A stretch of DNA of 64,000 bases, taken from an uncultured Acidobacteriota bacterium. GTDB lineage: Bacteria > Acidobacteriota > Thermoanaerobaculia > UBA5066 > DATFVB01. The stretch lies in assembly GCA_963813155.1 (NCBI GenBank), contig CAWEYG010000001.1, forward strand, positions 640,001 to 704,000, read 5' to 3'. This document shows, one piece after another, positions 39,357 to 48,443 of this stretch (the first letter of the stretch is position 1; every line of letters begins with the position of its first letter). The notes beneath the pieces were generated by a model. That model was not told the DNA's origin. It searched no databases and worked only from the letters and a program-made list of their open reading frames with translations. A program made the position numbers and the translations under genes.

Positions 39357-40936
39357 CTTGACGATCCTCCGGCGGCACGGCGGGGCCGGGCCGCAGGCTC
39401 GCTCGCCCGAAAAACGGGCTTGCGGCCGAATATACGAACAAACAGTTTCGACTTGGCCGCAGCCGCCTCGAGCTCCGCTTCCGGATCCTCGAGCGCCACG
39501 ACCTCGAAAATGACCCTCTTCTGCCGAAGGCGGCAGACGACCGACTCGACGATCTGCCGATGGCCTCGGTCGAGCCCGTCGGCGACGCGCAGGATCGCGG
39601 CGAGCTTTTCCACCGACTGGCGGCGCCACGGGTCGAGGCTCTCCCACTCGGGATGCCTCTCTTTCGGGCGCCCGCCGCGGTGGTAGCGGGCGACCGCCGC
39701 GATCGTCGCGATCTCTTCGGACGAAAATCCCGTGAGGTCACCATGGGTGATGAGGTAGTAGGAGTGTTTGTGATGGCGCGGCATGCCAACCGAGGCGCCC
39801 GCGTCGTGAAGGATCGCGGCGAACCGGAGCCACTCGCGCTCCCTCTCGGTCATCTGGTGGAGCGAGTGAGTCGACTGGAAAATCTCGTCTGAAAGTTTTG
39901 CGACGCAGCGGGCGTGCATCCATTCGACGTTCCAGCGCCCGGCGAGGCGCTCGACGCTCTTTTCCCGCAGGTCCCGGGAAATCGGGGCGACGGAGGCTCC
40001 GCGCGAGCGGGCGAGCGAATCGAGCAGGATTCCCTCCCGCAGCCCCCGCTCCCCCGTCAGGATGTCATCCGCTCCGACCGCCTTCAGCAGCTCCGCGAGC
40101 AGCGCGCCTCCCGCCAGAGCGATGTCCCGGCGCTTCGGGTCGAGACCGGGCACCCGCAGCTTCTCCTTGAGCGTCGTTTTTCGAAGGACCTTCAGGACCT
40201 TTTTCAGGTCACTCCGGGAGAGGGTCCGATGGCCCGACGGGAAGATCTCGCGTCCCCGGATCGCCGCCTCGGAAACCATCGACATCGACTGGATCGTGCC
40301 CGACGTTCCCACGCAGGTCTTGAACCCCGCCTTCCGGATCTTTCGGGCGGCGGGCGCCACACGCCGCCGGACCGCCCGCTTCATGTCTCTCCAGTCGTCC
40401 CGGGAGACCGGATCGTGGCGCACGTATTTCTCGGACAGCCGCACGGCGCCGAGGGCGACCGATTCCGCGGACAACACCCGGTTTCCGTCCGAGACCACGA
40501 GCTCCGTCGAGCCTCCCCCGATGTCGATCAGAAGCAGCGGGTCGCACGAAGCCGGAAATTCGCTTCGAACGGCGAGGGTGATGAGCCGGGCTTCTTCCTC
40601 GCCCGAAATGACCTCGACTTCGACGTCGCAGCGGCGCCGCACGGCCTCGACGAACTCCGCCGCGTTCTCCGCTTCCCGGACCGCGCAGGTCGCGACGGCG
40701 CGGATCGCTTCGGCGCCGGAGGAGCGGGCGATCCGCGCCAGCCTTTCCACGGCCGCCGAGCCCCCTTCGATCGCCTCCGGCGAGAGCTTCCCTGTCGCGA
40801 ACGTCGCGTGGCCGAGCCGGATCATTTCCTTCTCGCGCACCACGGATTCCAGCGAGCCGTCGCGCGAGACGCGCGCGACGAGCAGCTTGACGCTGTTGCT
40901 CCCGATGTCGATCGACGCGAGTGTGCGGGTGTCCAT
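39353..40936 (-). CDS. ppx: Exopolyphosphatase Ppx/GppA with HD domain
   Basis: IDIGSNS, ATCAVREA, GEEEARL, DIGGGSTE, GLREG, LHDAG, HHKHSYY, LRVADGLD. Confidence 0.95.
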   Translation of the reverse strand: MDTRTLASIDIGSNSVKLLVARVSRDGSLESVVREKEMIRLGHATFATGKLSPEAIEGGSAAVERLARIARSSGAEAIRAVATCAVREAENAAEFVEAVRRRCDVEVEVISGEEEARLITLAVRSEFPASCDPLLLIDIGGGSTELVVSDGNRVLSAESVALGAVRLSEKYVRHDPVSRDDWRDMKRAVRRRVAPAARKIRKAGFKTCVGTSGTIQSMSMVSEAAIRGREIFPSGHRTLSRSDLKKVLKVLRKTTLKEKLRVPGLDPKRRDIALAGGALLAELLKAVGADDILTGERGLREGILLDSLARSRGASVAPISRDLREKSVERLAGRWNVEWMHARCVAKLSDEIFQSTHSLHQMTEREREWLRFAAILHDAGASVGMPRHHKHSYYLITHGDLTGFSSEEIATIAAVARYHRGGRPKERHPEWESLDPWRRQSVEKLAAILRVADGLDRGHRQIVESVVCRLRQKRVIFEVVALEDPEAELEAAAAKSKLFVRIFGRKPVFRASEPAARPRRAAGGSSR

Positions 40937-40967
40937 CTCGGTTCGGATCAAATGCGGCCCGGGCGGT

Positions 40968-41001
40968 TTTCCCGTGAAGCCGGTGTAAACAAGGTGTGAA
41001 A
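40968..41001 (-). promoter_or_regulatory. Putative Pho box (three repeats) upstream of ppx-phoU
   Basis: Minus strand TTCACaccttg TTTACaccggc TTCACgggaaa, exact 11-bp period. Confidence 0.75.
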
Positions 41002-41010
41002 CGGACCTCG

Positions 41011-43167
41011 TCACTCCGACCCGACCGCGCGTAAGCCGTGTCGCCTCAGGCGGTCGACCACCACCGCCTGCGAATCCCTTTCGGCTTCGCCTTCGGCGGG
41101 ACGACGCCGCCGGTAAACGCCCTGCGAGTCGAGGTCGCGCGCGCGGCAATTGTCCGCGAGGACCGGCTCGATCACTTCCCGGCGGAGCTTCTCGCGAAGC
41201 GACTCGTTCTGGATCGGGAAGAGGATCTCCACGCGCCGGTAAAAATTCCGCGGCATCCAGTCCGCGGACGAAAGGTAGAACTCCTGGCTCGGGGCGGCCC
41301 CGAAAACGAAGAGGCGCACGTGCTCGAGAAATCGCCCGACCACAGAGAAGACCCGGATGTTCTCGGACGTGCCGGGAATCCCCGGCCGGAGGCAGCAGAT
41401 TCCCCTCACGTTGAGATCGATCGGAACGCCTGCCTGGGACGCGCGGTACAGCGCGCGGATCACCGGCGGATCCGCCAGGGAATTGAGCTTCGCGAAGATG
41501 CCGGAGGGCTTTCTCTCGCGGGCGAGCGCGATCTGCTCGTCGATCTTGGCCAGCACCGTCTCCTGGAGCGTTCGCGGGGCGACGGCGATCCGCCGGTAGC
41601 GCGACTTCTTGGAAAATCCCGATAGCGAATTGAAGAGCTCCGAGGCGTCTTCGCCGATTTCCGGATCGGCCGTGAAGAGGTCGCAGTCCGTGTACACCTT
41701 CGCCGTCGAAGCGTTGTAGTTGCCGGTGGAGAGATGGACGTAGCGAACGAGCTTCTCTTTCTCCCGCCGGACGACGAGCGCCGCCTTCGCGTGGGTTTTC
41801 AGACCCACCGGCCCGTAGAAAACGTGCACGCCCGCCCGCTCCAGCGCCCGGGCCCACAGGATGTTGTTCTCCTCGTCGAACCGGGCCTTCAACTCGATCG
41901 ACACGGCCACCTGCTTGCCGTTCTCCGCGGCCTGGATGAGAGCCCGCACGATCTGGGAGTCCGCGCCGGTCCGGTAAAGTGTCATCTTGATCGCAAGCAC
42001 CTGCGGGTCCCGCGCCGCGCGATGCAGGAATTCGAGGACCGGAGTAAAGGAATCGTACGGGTGATGGAGAAGGACGTCTCCCGCGGCGATCACCTTGAAG
42101 ATGTCGGGCTCCGCGGCCAGCGCGGCGGGAATGGCGGGCACGAGGGGGGGATCGTGAAGATCCGGCCGCTCGAGGCCCGCGATCGACGCGAAGGCCGACA
42201 CGCCGAGGAACCCCGGGCTTTCGTAAACGTCCTCGGCGTCGATTTCGACCTTTTCGATGAGCGTCTGGCGCACCCGATCCGGAATTCCAGGCGCGACCTC
42301 CAGGCGCACGACGGCCCCGAACTTGCGCCGCCGGACTTCCCGGTCGACGACGGAGAGAAGGTCGTGCGCCTCCTCCTCGCGAATTTCCATGTCCATGTCG
42401 CGGGTCACGCGAAAGGGATGGCAGCCGACGATCTCCATGCCCGGAAAGAGGTCGTCCAGGTTAGCGGCGATCAGGGACTCCATCGGAAGGAAATTCTGCA
42501 CGGAGGAGTCCCGCGTTTCCCCGCCGATTTTCTCGAGGGCGTCGAGGGCAACGAAGCGTGGAAGGCTCTCGGGGACCTTGACGCGCGCGAACTTGCGTTC
42601 CCCCGTTTCCGGATCCTTGGCCTCAACTGCGAGCGAGAGGGAGAGGTTCGACAGGAACGGAAAGGGATGTCCCGGATCGACGGCGAGGGGCGTCAGGACC
42701 GGAAAAACGGCCTTCCGGAAATACGCGCGCGCGCGCCGCTTGACGTCCCCGTCGAGGGATTTCCAATCGTGGACCCGGATTCCGTTCTGATCGAGCAGCG
42801 GAAGCAGGTCGCCGGAAAGCGCCTCGGACGCGCGCGCGAGCTGCTGGCGTACGATCTGGCCGATCCGCGCGAGCTGCTCGCTGGCCGTCAGCCCGTCCGA
42901 GCTTCTCTCGCCGATCCGAGCCTCGAGTTGCTCGTGGAGGCCCGAGACCCGGATCATGAAGAACTCGTCGAGATTGCTGTAGAAGATCGCCAGGAACTTC
43001 ACCCGCTCGAGCAGAGGCCAGCGCGGGTCGAGAGCTTCGTCGAGAACCCGTTCGTTGAAGGCGAGCCAGGAAATCTCGCGGTTGAAATACAGGGAAGGGT
43101 CTTCGACGTCGATCGGAACGGCCGTGGGAGTCGAGTCGCGGCGGGCGGATTCTTTCTCTTCCGACAT
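41011..43167 (-). CDS. ppk1: Polyphosphate kinase 1
   Basis: NREISWLAFNERV, NLDEFFMIRV, HHPYDSF, KMTLYRT, ELKARFDE, KTHAK, GRFLEH, SADWMPRN. Confidence 0.97.
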   Translation of the reverse strand: MSEEKESARRDSTPTAVPIDVEDPSLYFNREISWLAFNERVLDEALDPRWPLLERVKFLAIFYSNLDEFFMIRVSGLHEQLEARIGERSSDGLTASEQLARIGQIVRQQLARASEALSGDLLPLLDQNGIRVHDWKSLDGDVKRRARAYFRKAVFPVLTPLAVDPGHPFPFLSNLSLSLAVEAKDPETGERKFARVKVPESLPRFVALDALEKIGGETRDSSVQNFLPMESLIAANLDDLFPGMEIVGCHPFRVTRDMDMEIREEEAHDLLSVVDREVRRRKFGAVVRLEVAPGIPDRVRQTLIEKVEIDAEDVYESPGFLGVSAFASIAGLERPDLHDPPLVPAIPAALAAEPDIFKVIAAGDVLLHHPYDSFTPVLEFLHRAARDPQVLAIKMTLYRTGADSQIVRALIQAAENGKQVAVSIELKARFDEENNILWARALERAGVHVFYGPVGLKTHAKAALVVRREKEKLVRYVHLSTGNYNASTAKVYTDCDLFTADPEIGEDASELFNSLSGFSKKSRYRRIAVAPRTLQETVLAKIDEQIALARERKPSGIFAKLNSLADPPVIRALYRASQAGVPIDLNVRGICCLRPGIPGTSENIRVFSVVGRFLEHVRLFVFGAAPSQEFYLSSADWMPRNFYRRVEILFPIQNESLREKLRREVIEPVLADNCRARDLDSQGVYRRRRPAEGEAERDSQAVVVDRLRRHGLRAVGSE

Positions 43168-43180
43168 GGCGTCTTTCGTT

Positions 43181-44589
43181 CTACACCGCGGATGTTAAAT
43201 CCGGCGGAGCCTCCGAGGAGGTTTCCAGCCCCGCTTGCGTCCACGCGGCCATGCCGCCCACGACGTTCGTGATCCGGCGGAAACCCTTTCGTTCCAGTAT
43301 GCTGGACGCGATCGACGAGCGGTATCCACCCGCGCATACCGTCGCGACGGGCTCTCCGGCCTGCTCCCCCGGCGCGTCGCGCTCGAGCGCGTTCAAGGGC
43401 ACGTGCAGAGCCGACGGAATGTGGCCTTCTCCCCATTCCGCCGGGCGACGCACGTCGAGGACGCGCGGAGGCCCCGCTTCCCCGAGGCGGCGAGCGAGCT
43501 CCTCGACTCCGATCTGTTCGGTCGAGGCGAGCGGCCGCCCGGATTCGCTCCAGGCCTGAACGCCGCCCTCGAGAAAACCGGCGACGCGGTCCAATCCCAC
43601 CCGGGACAGGCGCGTGCGGGCCTCGGCGGCGCGATCGGGGTCTTCGGTCACGAGGATGATCGCGGCGTCGGCGGGGAGAACCGTTCCCGCCCAGGATGCG
43701 AACTGCCCGGAAAGCCCGATGTGAAACGACCCGGTAGGTGCCCCGTTCCGTACTCCCACGCGGAGCGCGTGTCGAGGACGACGGCGCCGCCTTCCCGCAT
43801 CTGCGCCGCCTCGCCGGACGGAATCGCCCGGACCGGCGGGAGCTCCCCGAGAAGCTCGGGGCCCTCGCGGTTGATCGCCGCGTCGCGGCCGAAGTACGCG
43901 GGCGCCTCGGGAAGATCCGTCGTCATCATCCGAACGAACTCCTGCCGGGCCATCGGCTGGAGCGCGTAGTTGAACCGCCTCTGTTCGCCGATCGTCGAGC
44001 TCGTTTCGCTGGAAATGTTGCGCCCGCACATCGACCCGGCGCCGTGCGCCGGATACACGCGAACGGAATCGGGAAGGGAGAGGAGCTTTTCGTGCAGCGA
44101 ATCGTAGAGCAGGCCCGCAAGCTCCTGCGGGCTCCGGACCGAGCCGAGGAGATCGGGACGGCCCACGTCGCCGATGAACAGGGTGTCCCCCGTCAGCACG
44201 GCGGCCGGCGATTCGTCCTCGGAGCCTTCGAAGACGAGGATAGAAACCGACTCGGGCGTGTGCCCGGGCGTCTCGAGGAACCGAAGCCGGACCGAGCCGA
44301 GGCGAACTTCGTCGCCCTCCCGCACGGGAACATGCTCGAACTTCGCGCCCGCCGCCGCGCCGAGGTAGATCTTCGCGCCCGTCCGCGCGGCGAGCTCGCG
44401 GTGGCCGGAGACGAAGTCCGCGTGCAGGTGAGTCTCGATGACGTGGCGGATCGTGAGCCCGTTCGCGCGAGCCTCCTCCAGGTATTCCTCCACGTCGCGG
44501 CGGGGGTCGACGACCGCGGCCTCGCCCCCGTCGCCGACCAGGTACGAGGCCTGCGCGAGACACGCGAGATAGAACTGGCGAAAGAACAT
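43181..44589 (-). CDS. MBL-fold persulfide dioxygenase-rhodanese fusion (indel near 43735)
   Basis: ETHLHADFVSG, TPGHTPE, GDTLF.GDVGRPDL, PAHGAGS.CG, and two rhodanese domains with CAGGYRS. Confidence 0.9.
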
Positions 44590-44597
44590 CGGCGCCC

Positions 44598-45374
44598 TCA
44601 GCCCGCCAGAACCGAACCGCCGTTGATATTGACGATTTCGCCGTTGATCTGGCGGGAATAGTCGGAGCAGAGGAACGCGATCATCCCTCCGACGTCGTCG
44701 GCGGTCGCGACGCGCCGGGTCGGGATCGCCTGCTCGATCGCCTTGCGCTTGCGCCGGTTGCCGAGCTCCGCCTTCGACATCTCGGTGTCCACCCAACCGG
44801 GAGCGACCGCGTTGACCGTGATCCCGTCGGGCCCGAGCTCCGTCGCGAGCGACTTCGTGAAAGAGATGATCGCCCCCTTGGTCGCCGCGTAGTGCGAATG
44901 GAACGCCTCGCCCCGCTGGCCCGCCGTCGAGGAAACGTTGACGATCCGGCCGAATCCCTGCTTCTTGAAAACCGGGACCGCGAATTTCGTCATGAGGAAG
45001 GTCCCGCGCGCGTTGATCGCGAAGACTTCCTCCCAGTAGGCGGGCGAAATTTCCTCGATCTTGCCTCCGGGCCAGATTCCCGCGTTGTTGACGAGGATGT
45101 GGAGCCCCCCCAGGCGCGTGACCGCCTGCGCGACGGCGCGTCGGGCCTCGTGCTCGTCGGACACATCGGCCTTCAGGAGCAGCCCGCGGCCCCCCATCGC
45201 TTCGATCTGAGCCGCCGCGAGTTTGGCCTCGCGCTGGCGGCGGCGGTAGACGATCGCGACCTGGCAACCGGCCCGCGCGAGGAATTTCGCCGCCGACAGC
45301 CCGATGCCCCGGGTTCCCCCGGTGACGAGCGCCTTGCGGCCGGAAAGCTCGATCGTGAAAACGGATTGGGTCAT
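44598..45374 (-). CDS. SDR family oxidoreductase (FabG-like)
   Basis: TGGTRGIG, NNAGI, YAATK, NAVAPGWVDT. Confidence 0.92.
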   Translation of the reverse strand: MTQSVFTIELSGRKALVTGGTRGIGLSAAKFLARAGCQVAIVYRRRQREAKLAAAQIEAMGGRGLLLKADVSDEHEARRAVAQAVTRLGGLHILVNNAGIWPGGKIEEISPAYWEEVFAINARGTFLMTKFAVPVFKKQGFGRIVNVSSTAGQRGEAFHSHYAATKGAIISFTKSLATELGPDGITVNAVAPGWVDTEMSKAELGNRRKRKAIEQAIPTRRVATADDVGGMIAFLCSDYSRQINGEIVNINGGSVLAG

Positions 45375-46510
45375 GGCGTCATCTCCCGCAGCTTCGCCAC
45401 CACGAGCCGGGCGATCCGGGCGCTCCCCTCCGGGAGATAGTGCTGAGGCGTGTTGTCGAACTCGCCGGGAGGGAGAGCGTTCCACAGGTCGAGCAGCGGA
45501 ATTCCTCGGCTCCGGCAATATTCCGCCAGCGCGGCGCGGTAACGGTCGTAGATCGTTCGGGCATAAAAGGAATTGTACTCGCGTCCCGAAAACGCTCCGG
45601 AAGCCGGAAAAATGGGGTCGTTGACGACGAGCAGGGCGACGCCCCGATCGGCGGCCATCCGCGCTCCCGCCTCAAGCGTCGCCCATCGCGAATTCGGCAT
45701 CGGGGGATCGTTCGCCCCGCGGTCCGCAAAAAGCGGCTCCGCGGGAAGCGGCATCGACCCGATCCAGGGTTTTCGGGGCATGTACGAGTCGCTCGGGTCG
45801 CCCGGAACGAGCGCGTCGAGGCCCCCGCGCGCGAGAAGAATCGCGAAATCGCGGTAACGGCCCCCTCCCTCGAGCCAGAGAGAATCGCGCCACCACGGAC
45901 GGTTCCCGCACCGCATCTGGCGGATTTCCCAGGTCGAAATGCCGTACTTCGCGGCGAGCTCGCACACATCGTCGTCGTTGGCCCGAAGGATGAGATGAAC
46001 GAAATGCCGAAAGGGCGGGGGGGTGTCTTCCGCCAGGTCGTAAAGGGTGACGAACCAGACGATCGCGTCGGGATCCCGGCGCAGAGCATGCTTCTCGACG
46101 ACGAGATCCTTGAGCGTGTTCGGCGTGTGGTAGCTGAGATTGTATGCCCGCACACGCTTCCCGCGGAGGGTTTCGCCGAGCCGGCCGATCTGGCCCGGGA
46201 TCGCGTCGCGAGAGGGCGAGAAGAGGTCGAAAGAGCCGGAGTCTCCGAGCACCGCGACGCGAAACTCGTCGGGAAGCTTCTTTCGGCCGATCTCGTGCGC
46301 GTCGAGCAGCGGCTCGAGGGGCCACATGACCTGGCTCGGATAGTCTCGAAGGATGTCGAGCCGGGACAGCGACGGCACGAGGTGGCGGTAGATCGAGAGA
46401 TTCTCGACCCTTCTCTCGACGTGGAGAGACGCTTGAAGTGCGTCCACGATCACGAGCAGGGCTACCGCCTTCGCGACGATTCGAATCACGGTGCTCGGCG
46501 ACCAGCTCAC
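45371..46510 (-). CDS. Membrane-anchored SGNH-fold acyltransferase (DltD/AlgJ/PatB-like)
   Basis: N-terminal hydrophobic anchor, VAVLGDS nucleophile motif, YNLS, C-terminal DLW...FDNTPQHY...G; GTGA/ATGA overlaps on both sides. Confidence 0.72.
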   Translation of the reverse strand: MSWSPSTVIRIVAKAVALLVIVDALQASLHVERRVENLSIYRHLVPSLSRLDILRDYPSQVMWPLEPLLDAHEIGRKKLPDEFRVAVLGDSGSFDLFSPSRDAIPGQIGRLGETLRGKRVRAYNLSYHTPNTLKDLVVEKHALRRDPDAIVWFVTLYDLAEDTPPPFRHFVHLILRANDDDVCELAAKYGISTWEIRQMRCGNRPWWRDSLWLEGGGRYRDFAILLARGGLDALVPGDPSDSYMPRKPWIGSMPLPAEPLFADRGANDPPMPNSRWATLEAGARMAADRGVALLVVNDPIFPASGAFSGREYNSFYARTIYDRYRAALAEYCRSRGIPLLDLWNALPPGEFDNTPQHYLPEGSARIARLVVAKLREMTP

Positions 46511-48201
46511 GTCGCGACCGGCCTGGCCGCGGCTCGCTCGGCGAGAAATTTCTCCTTGCACCGCGTCCGGGAGATCTTTCCGCTGGAAGTCTTGACGAGC
46601 CACATCGCGGGGAGGGCGGCAACCGTGCGCGCCACGCAATCGCTCTGCCGCGCGATCGCCTGCCTCACGGCGTCTTCGACCCTTCGCGGAGCATTCGAAT
46701 TCTCCCCTTCGTCCAATTCGAACAGCACGACGACGTCCTCGGTTCCCGCCTCTTCGTTTTCGACGCCGAACGCGACCGTTCTCCCGGGGTGAACGCCCTC
46801 GACGCCGTCCGCCACGAACTCGAGGTCCTGGGGATAGACGTTGTTCCCCCCGACGATGATCAGGTCTTTCTTTCGCCCCGTGACGAAGACTTCGCCGCCG
46901 GAAAGGTACCCGTAGTCGCCCGTGAGGTACCAGCCGTCGTGGAACGCCCTCGCGGTCAGATCCGGACGCCGGAAATATTCCGTCAGCATGCAGTCGCTTC
47001 GGATTGCGAGCTCCCCCACGCGCCGCTCGGAAACGGGTTCGAACGAAGGCCCGAGGACGGTCACGCTCGTGTTCGGGATCGGCGGACCGCACGAAACCAT
47101 CGTGACCGACGCGGAGCCCGGAGCCGGCTTCGCCGCAATCCCGTCGCGGTACAGGCGGGACCGGTCGACCTCCTCGAGGCGAACGGGCTGAGACGGGTCG
47201 CTCTGCGTGATCGCAAGCGTGTTTTCCGCCGTGCCGTACGAAGTCGTCAGCGACAGCGGGTCGAGACCGAGAGGCCGGAACCGCGCGAGGAACATCTCGT
47301 GGCTCGACGCCCGGACCGGCTCGGCGGTGTTGACGAACGCGCGCATCGACGAGAGATCGATCCCTTCCAGCTTCCGGTCGGGGATCTTTCGGGCGAGAAA
47401 GTTGTAAGCGAAATTCGGAAGCCAGCAGAGCGTGGACCGGTCGCGGCTGATCGCCTGAAGCAGCAGCGCGGGGTCGTGGACCCAGTCGATCGGCGAGAGG
47501 ATCGACAGGCGCAGGCCGCGCAGGAGCGGCTGCAGGAAACCCGCGACCAGGCCTCCGTCGTGGTACAGCGGCATCCAGTTCGCGACCCGGTCCGAATCTC
47601 TCACCGAAAGGGCGCGCCCGTAATTCTCGATCTGGCGGAACACCGCCCGGGAGGAGAGAGCGATTCCCTTTTGCAGGCCGGTCGAGCCCGACGAATGCTG
47701 CAGCACAGCGATCGCGTCGGCGTCCTCTCGAAGCTCGCGTCCGACGGCGCGCCGAGCGGCGGCCGGAGAGCAACGCTCGACGGCGACCATCACCGGACGG
47801 CTCGGCGCGTCCTTCGACAGTTTCCGCAGTGTTTCCTCCAGGTCGGCGTTGACGAGAATCGTTCGGGCGCCGCAGATCGCGAGGAGGGCGGCGACGCTCT
47901 TCTCGTAGTAATCGCGCGAGAGCTTTTCCGTCGGCCACGGAAAGATCGACGGGATCGCTCCCAGCAACAGAGGCGCGAGCCAGGCGGACAGGAGAGACGC
48001 GCCCGGTCGGACGATCACGACGACGACGTCTCCCTTGCGGACTCCGGCCCGTTCGAGGGCGTCCGCGTATCCGGAAGCGAGCAGAACGAGGTCGCCGTAG
48101 CTGACCGGCACGATGTCGGCGCCGGGGCCCCAGACGTTCGCGAAGGGACGGCCGGGCTCGGCCTCGGTCAGATCGAGGACGCGACCGAGGAGGCTCGTCA
48201 T
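46507..48201 (-). CDS. Fatty acyl-AMP ligase (FAAL)
   Basis: LQHSSGSTG..KG, WMPLYHDGGL, PNFAY, AEPV, YGTAE followed by the FAAL-type insertion, GRKKDLII.GG.N.YPQDLE, KTSSGK. Confidence 0.9.
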   Translation of the reverse strand: MTSLLGRVLDLTEAEPGRPFANVWGPGADIVPVSYGDLVLLASGYADALERAGVRKGDVVVVIVRPGASLLSAWLAPLLLGAIPSIFPWPTEKLSRDYYEKSVAALLAICGARTILVNADLEETLRKLSKDAPSRPVMVAVERCSPAAARRAVGRELREDADAIAVLQHSSGSTGLQKGIALSSRAVFRQIENYGRALSVRDSDRVANWMPLYHDGGLVAGFLQPLLRGLRLSILSPIDWVHDPALLLQAISRDRSTLCWLPNFAYNFLARKIPDRKLEGIDLSSMRAFVNTAEPVRASSHEMFLARFRPLGLDPLSLTTSYGTAENTLAITQSDPSQPVRLEEVDRSRLYRDGIAAKPAPGSASVTMVSCGPPIPNTSVTVLGPSFEPVSERRVGELAIRSDCMLTEYFRRPDLTARAFHDGWYLTGDYGYLSGGEVFVTGRKKDLIIVGGNNVYPQDLEFVADGVEGVHPGRTVAFGVENEEAGTEDVVVLFELDEGENSNAPRRVEDAVRQAIARQSDCVARTVAALPAMWLVKTSSGKISRTRCKEKFLAERAAARPVAT

Positions 48202-48443
48202 CGCGTCCGGGAGACGATGAGATCTCGAATCTGGCGGACGGTGTCGGCGCGGCCGGCGCCGAGATCCGACGCGTCGATCCTCGCGCCGAATTCGTTTTCC
48301 GCGAAGAGAGAGAGGTCCACGAGCCCGAAAGAGTCCACGACGCCCGACGAGACGAGGGGCTCGTCGTCGCCGATCTCCCGCGAGGCGTCCCGGAAGTAGG
48401 TTTCCGCGATGAAGGATTTCAGGCGCGAAAGCGGTTCGGCCAT
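48198..48443 (-). CDS. Acyl carrier protein (DltC-like)
   Basis: 81 aa, acidic, L..SGVVDSFG phosphopantetheine Ser motif, E.EFG. Confidence 0.9.
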   Translation of the reverse strand: MAEPLSRLKSFIAETYFRDASREIGDDEPLVSSGVVDSFGLVDLSLFAENEFGARIDASDLGAGRADTVRQIRDLIVSRTR

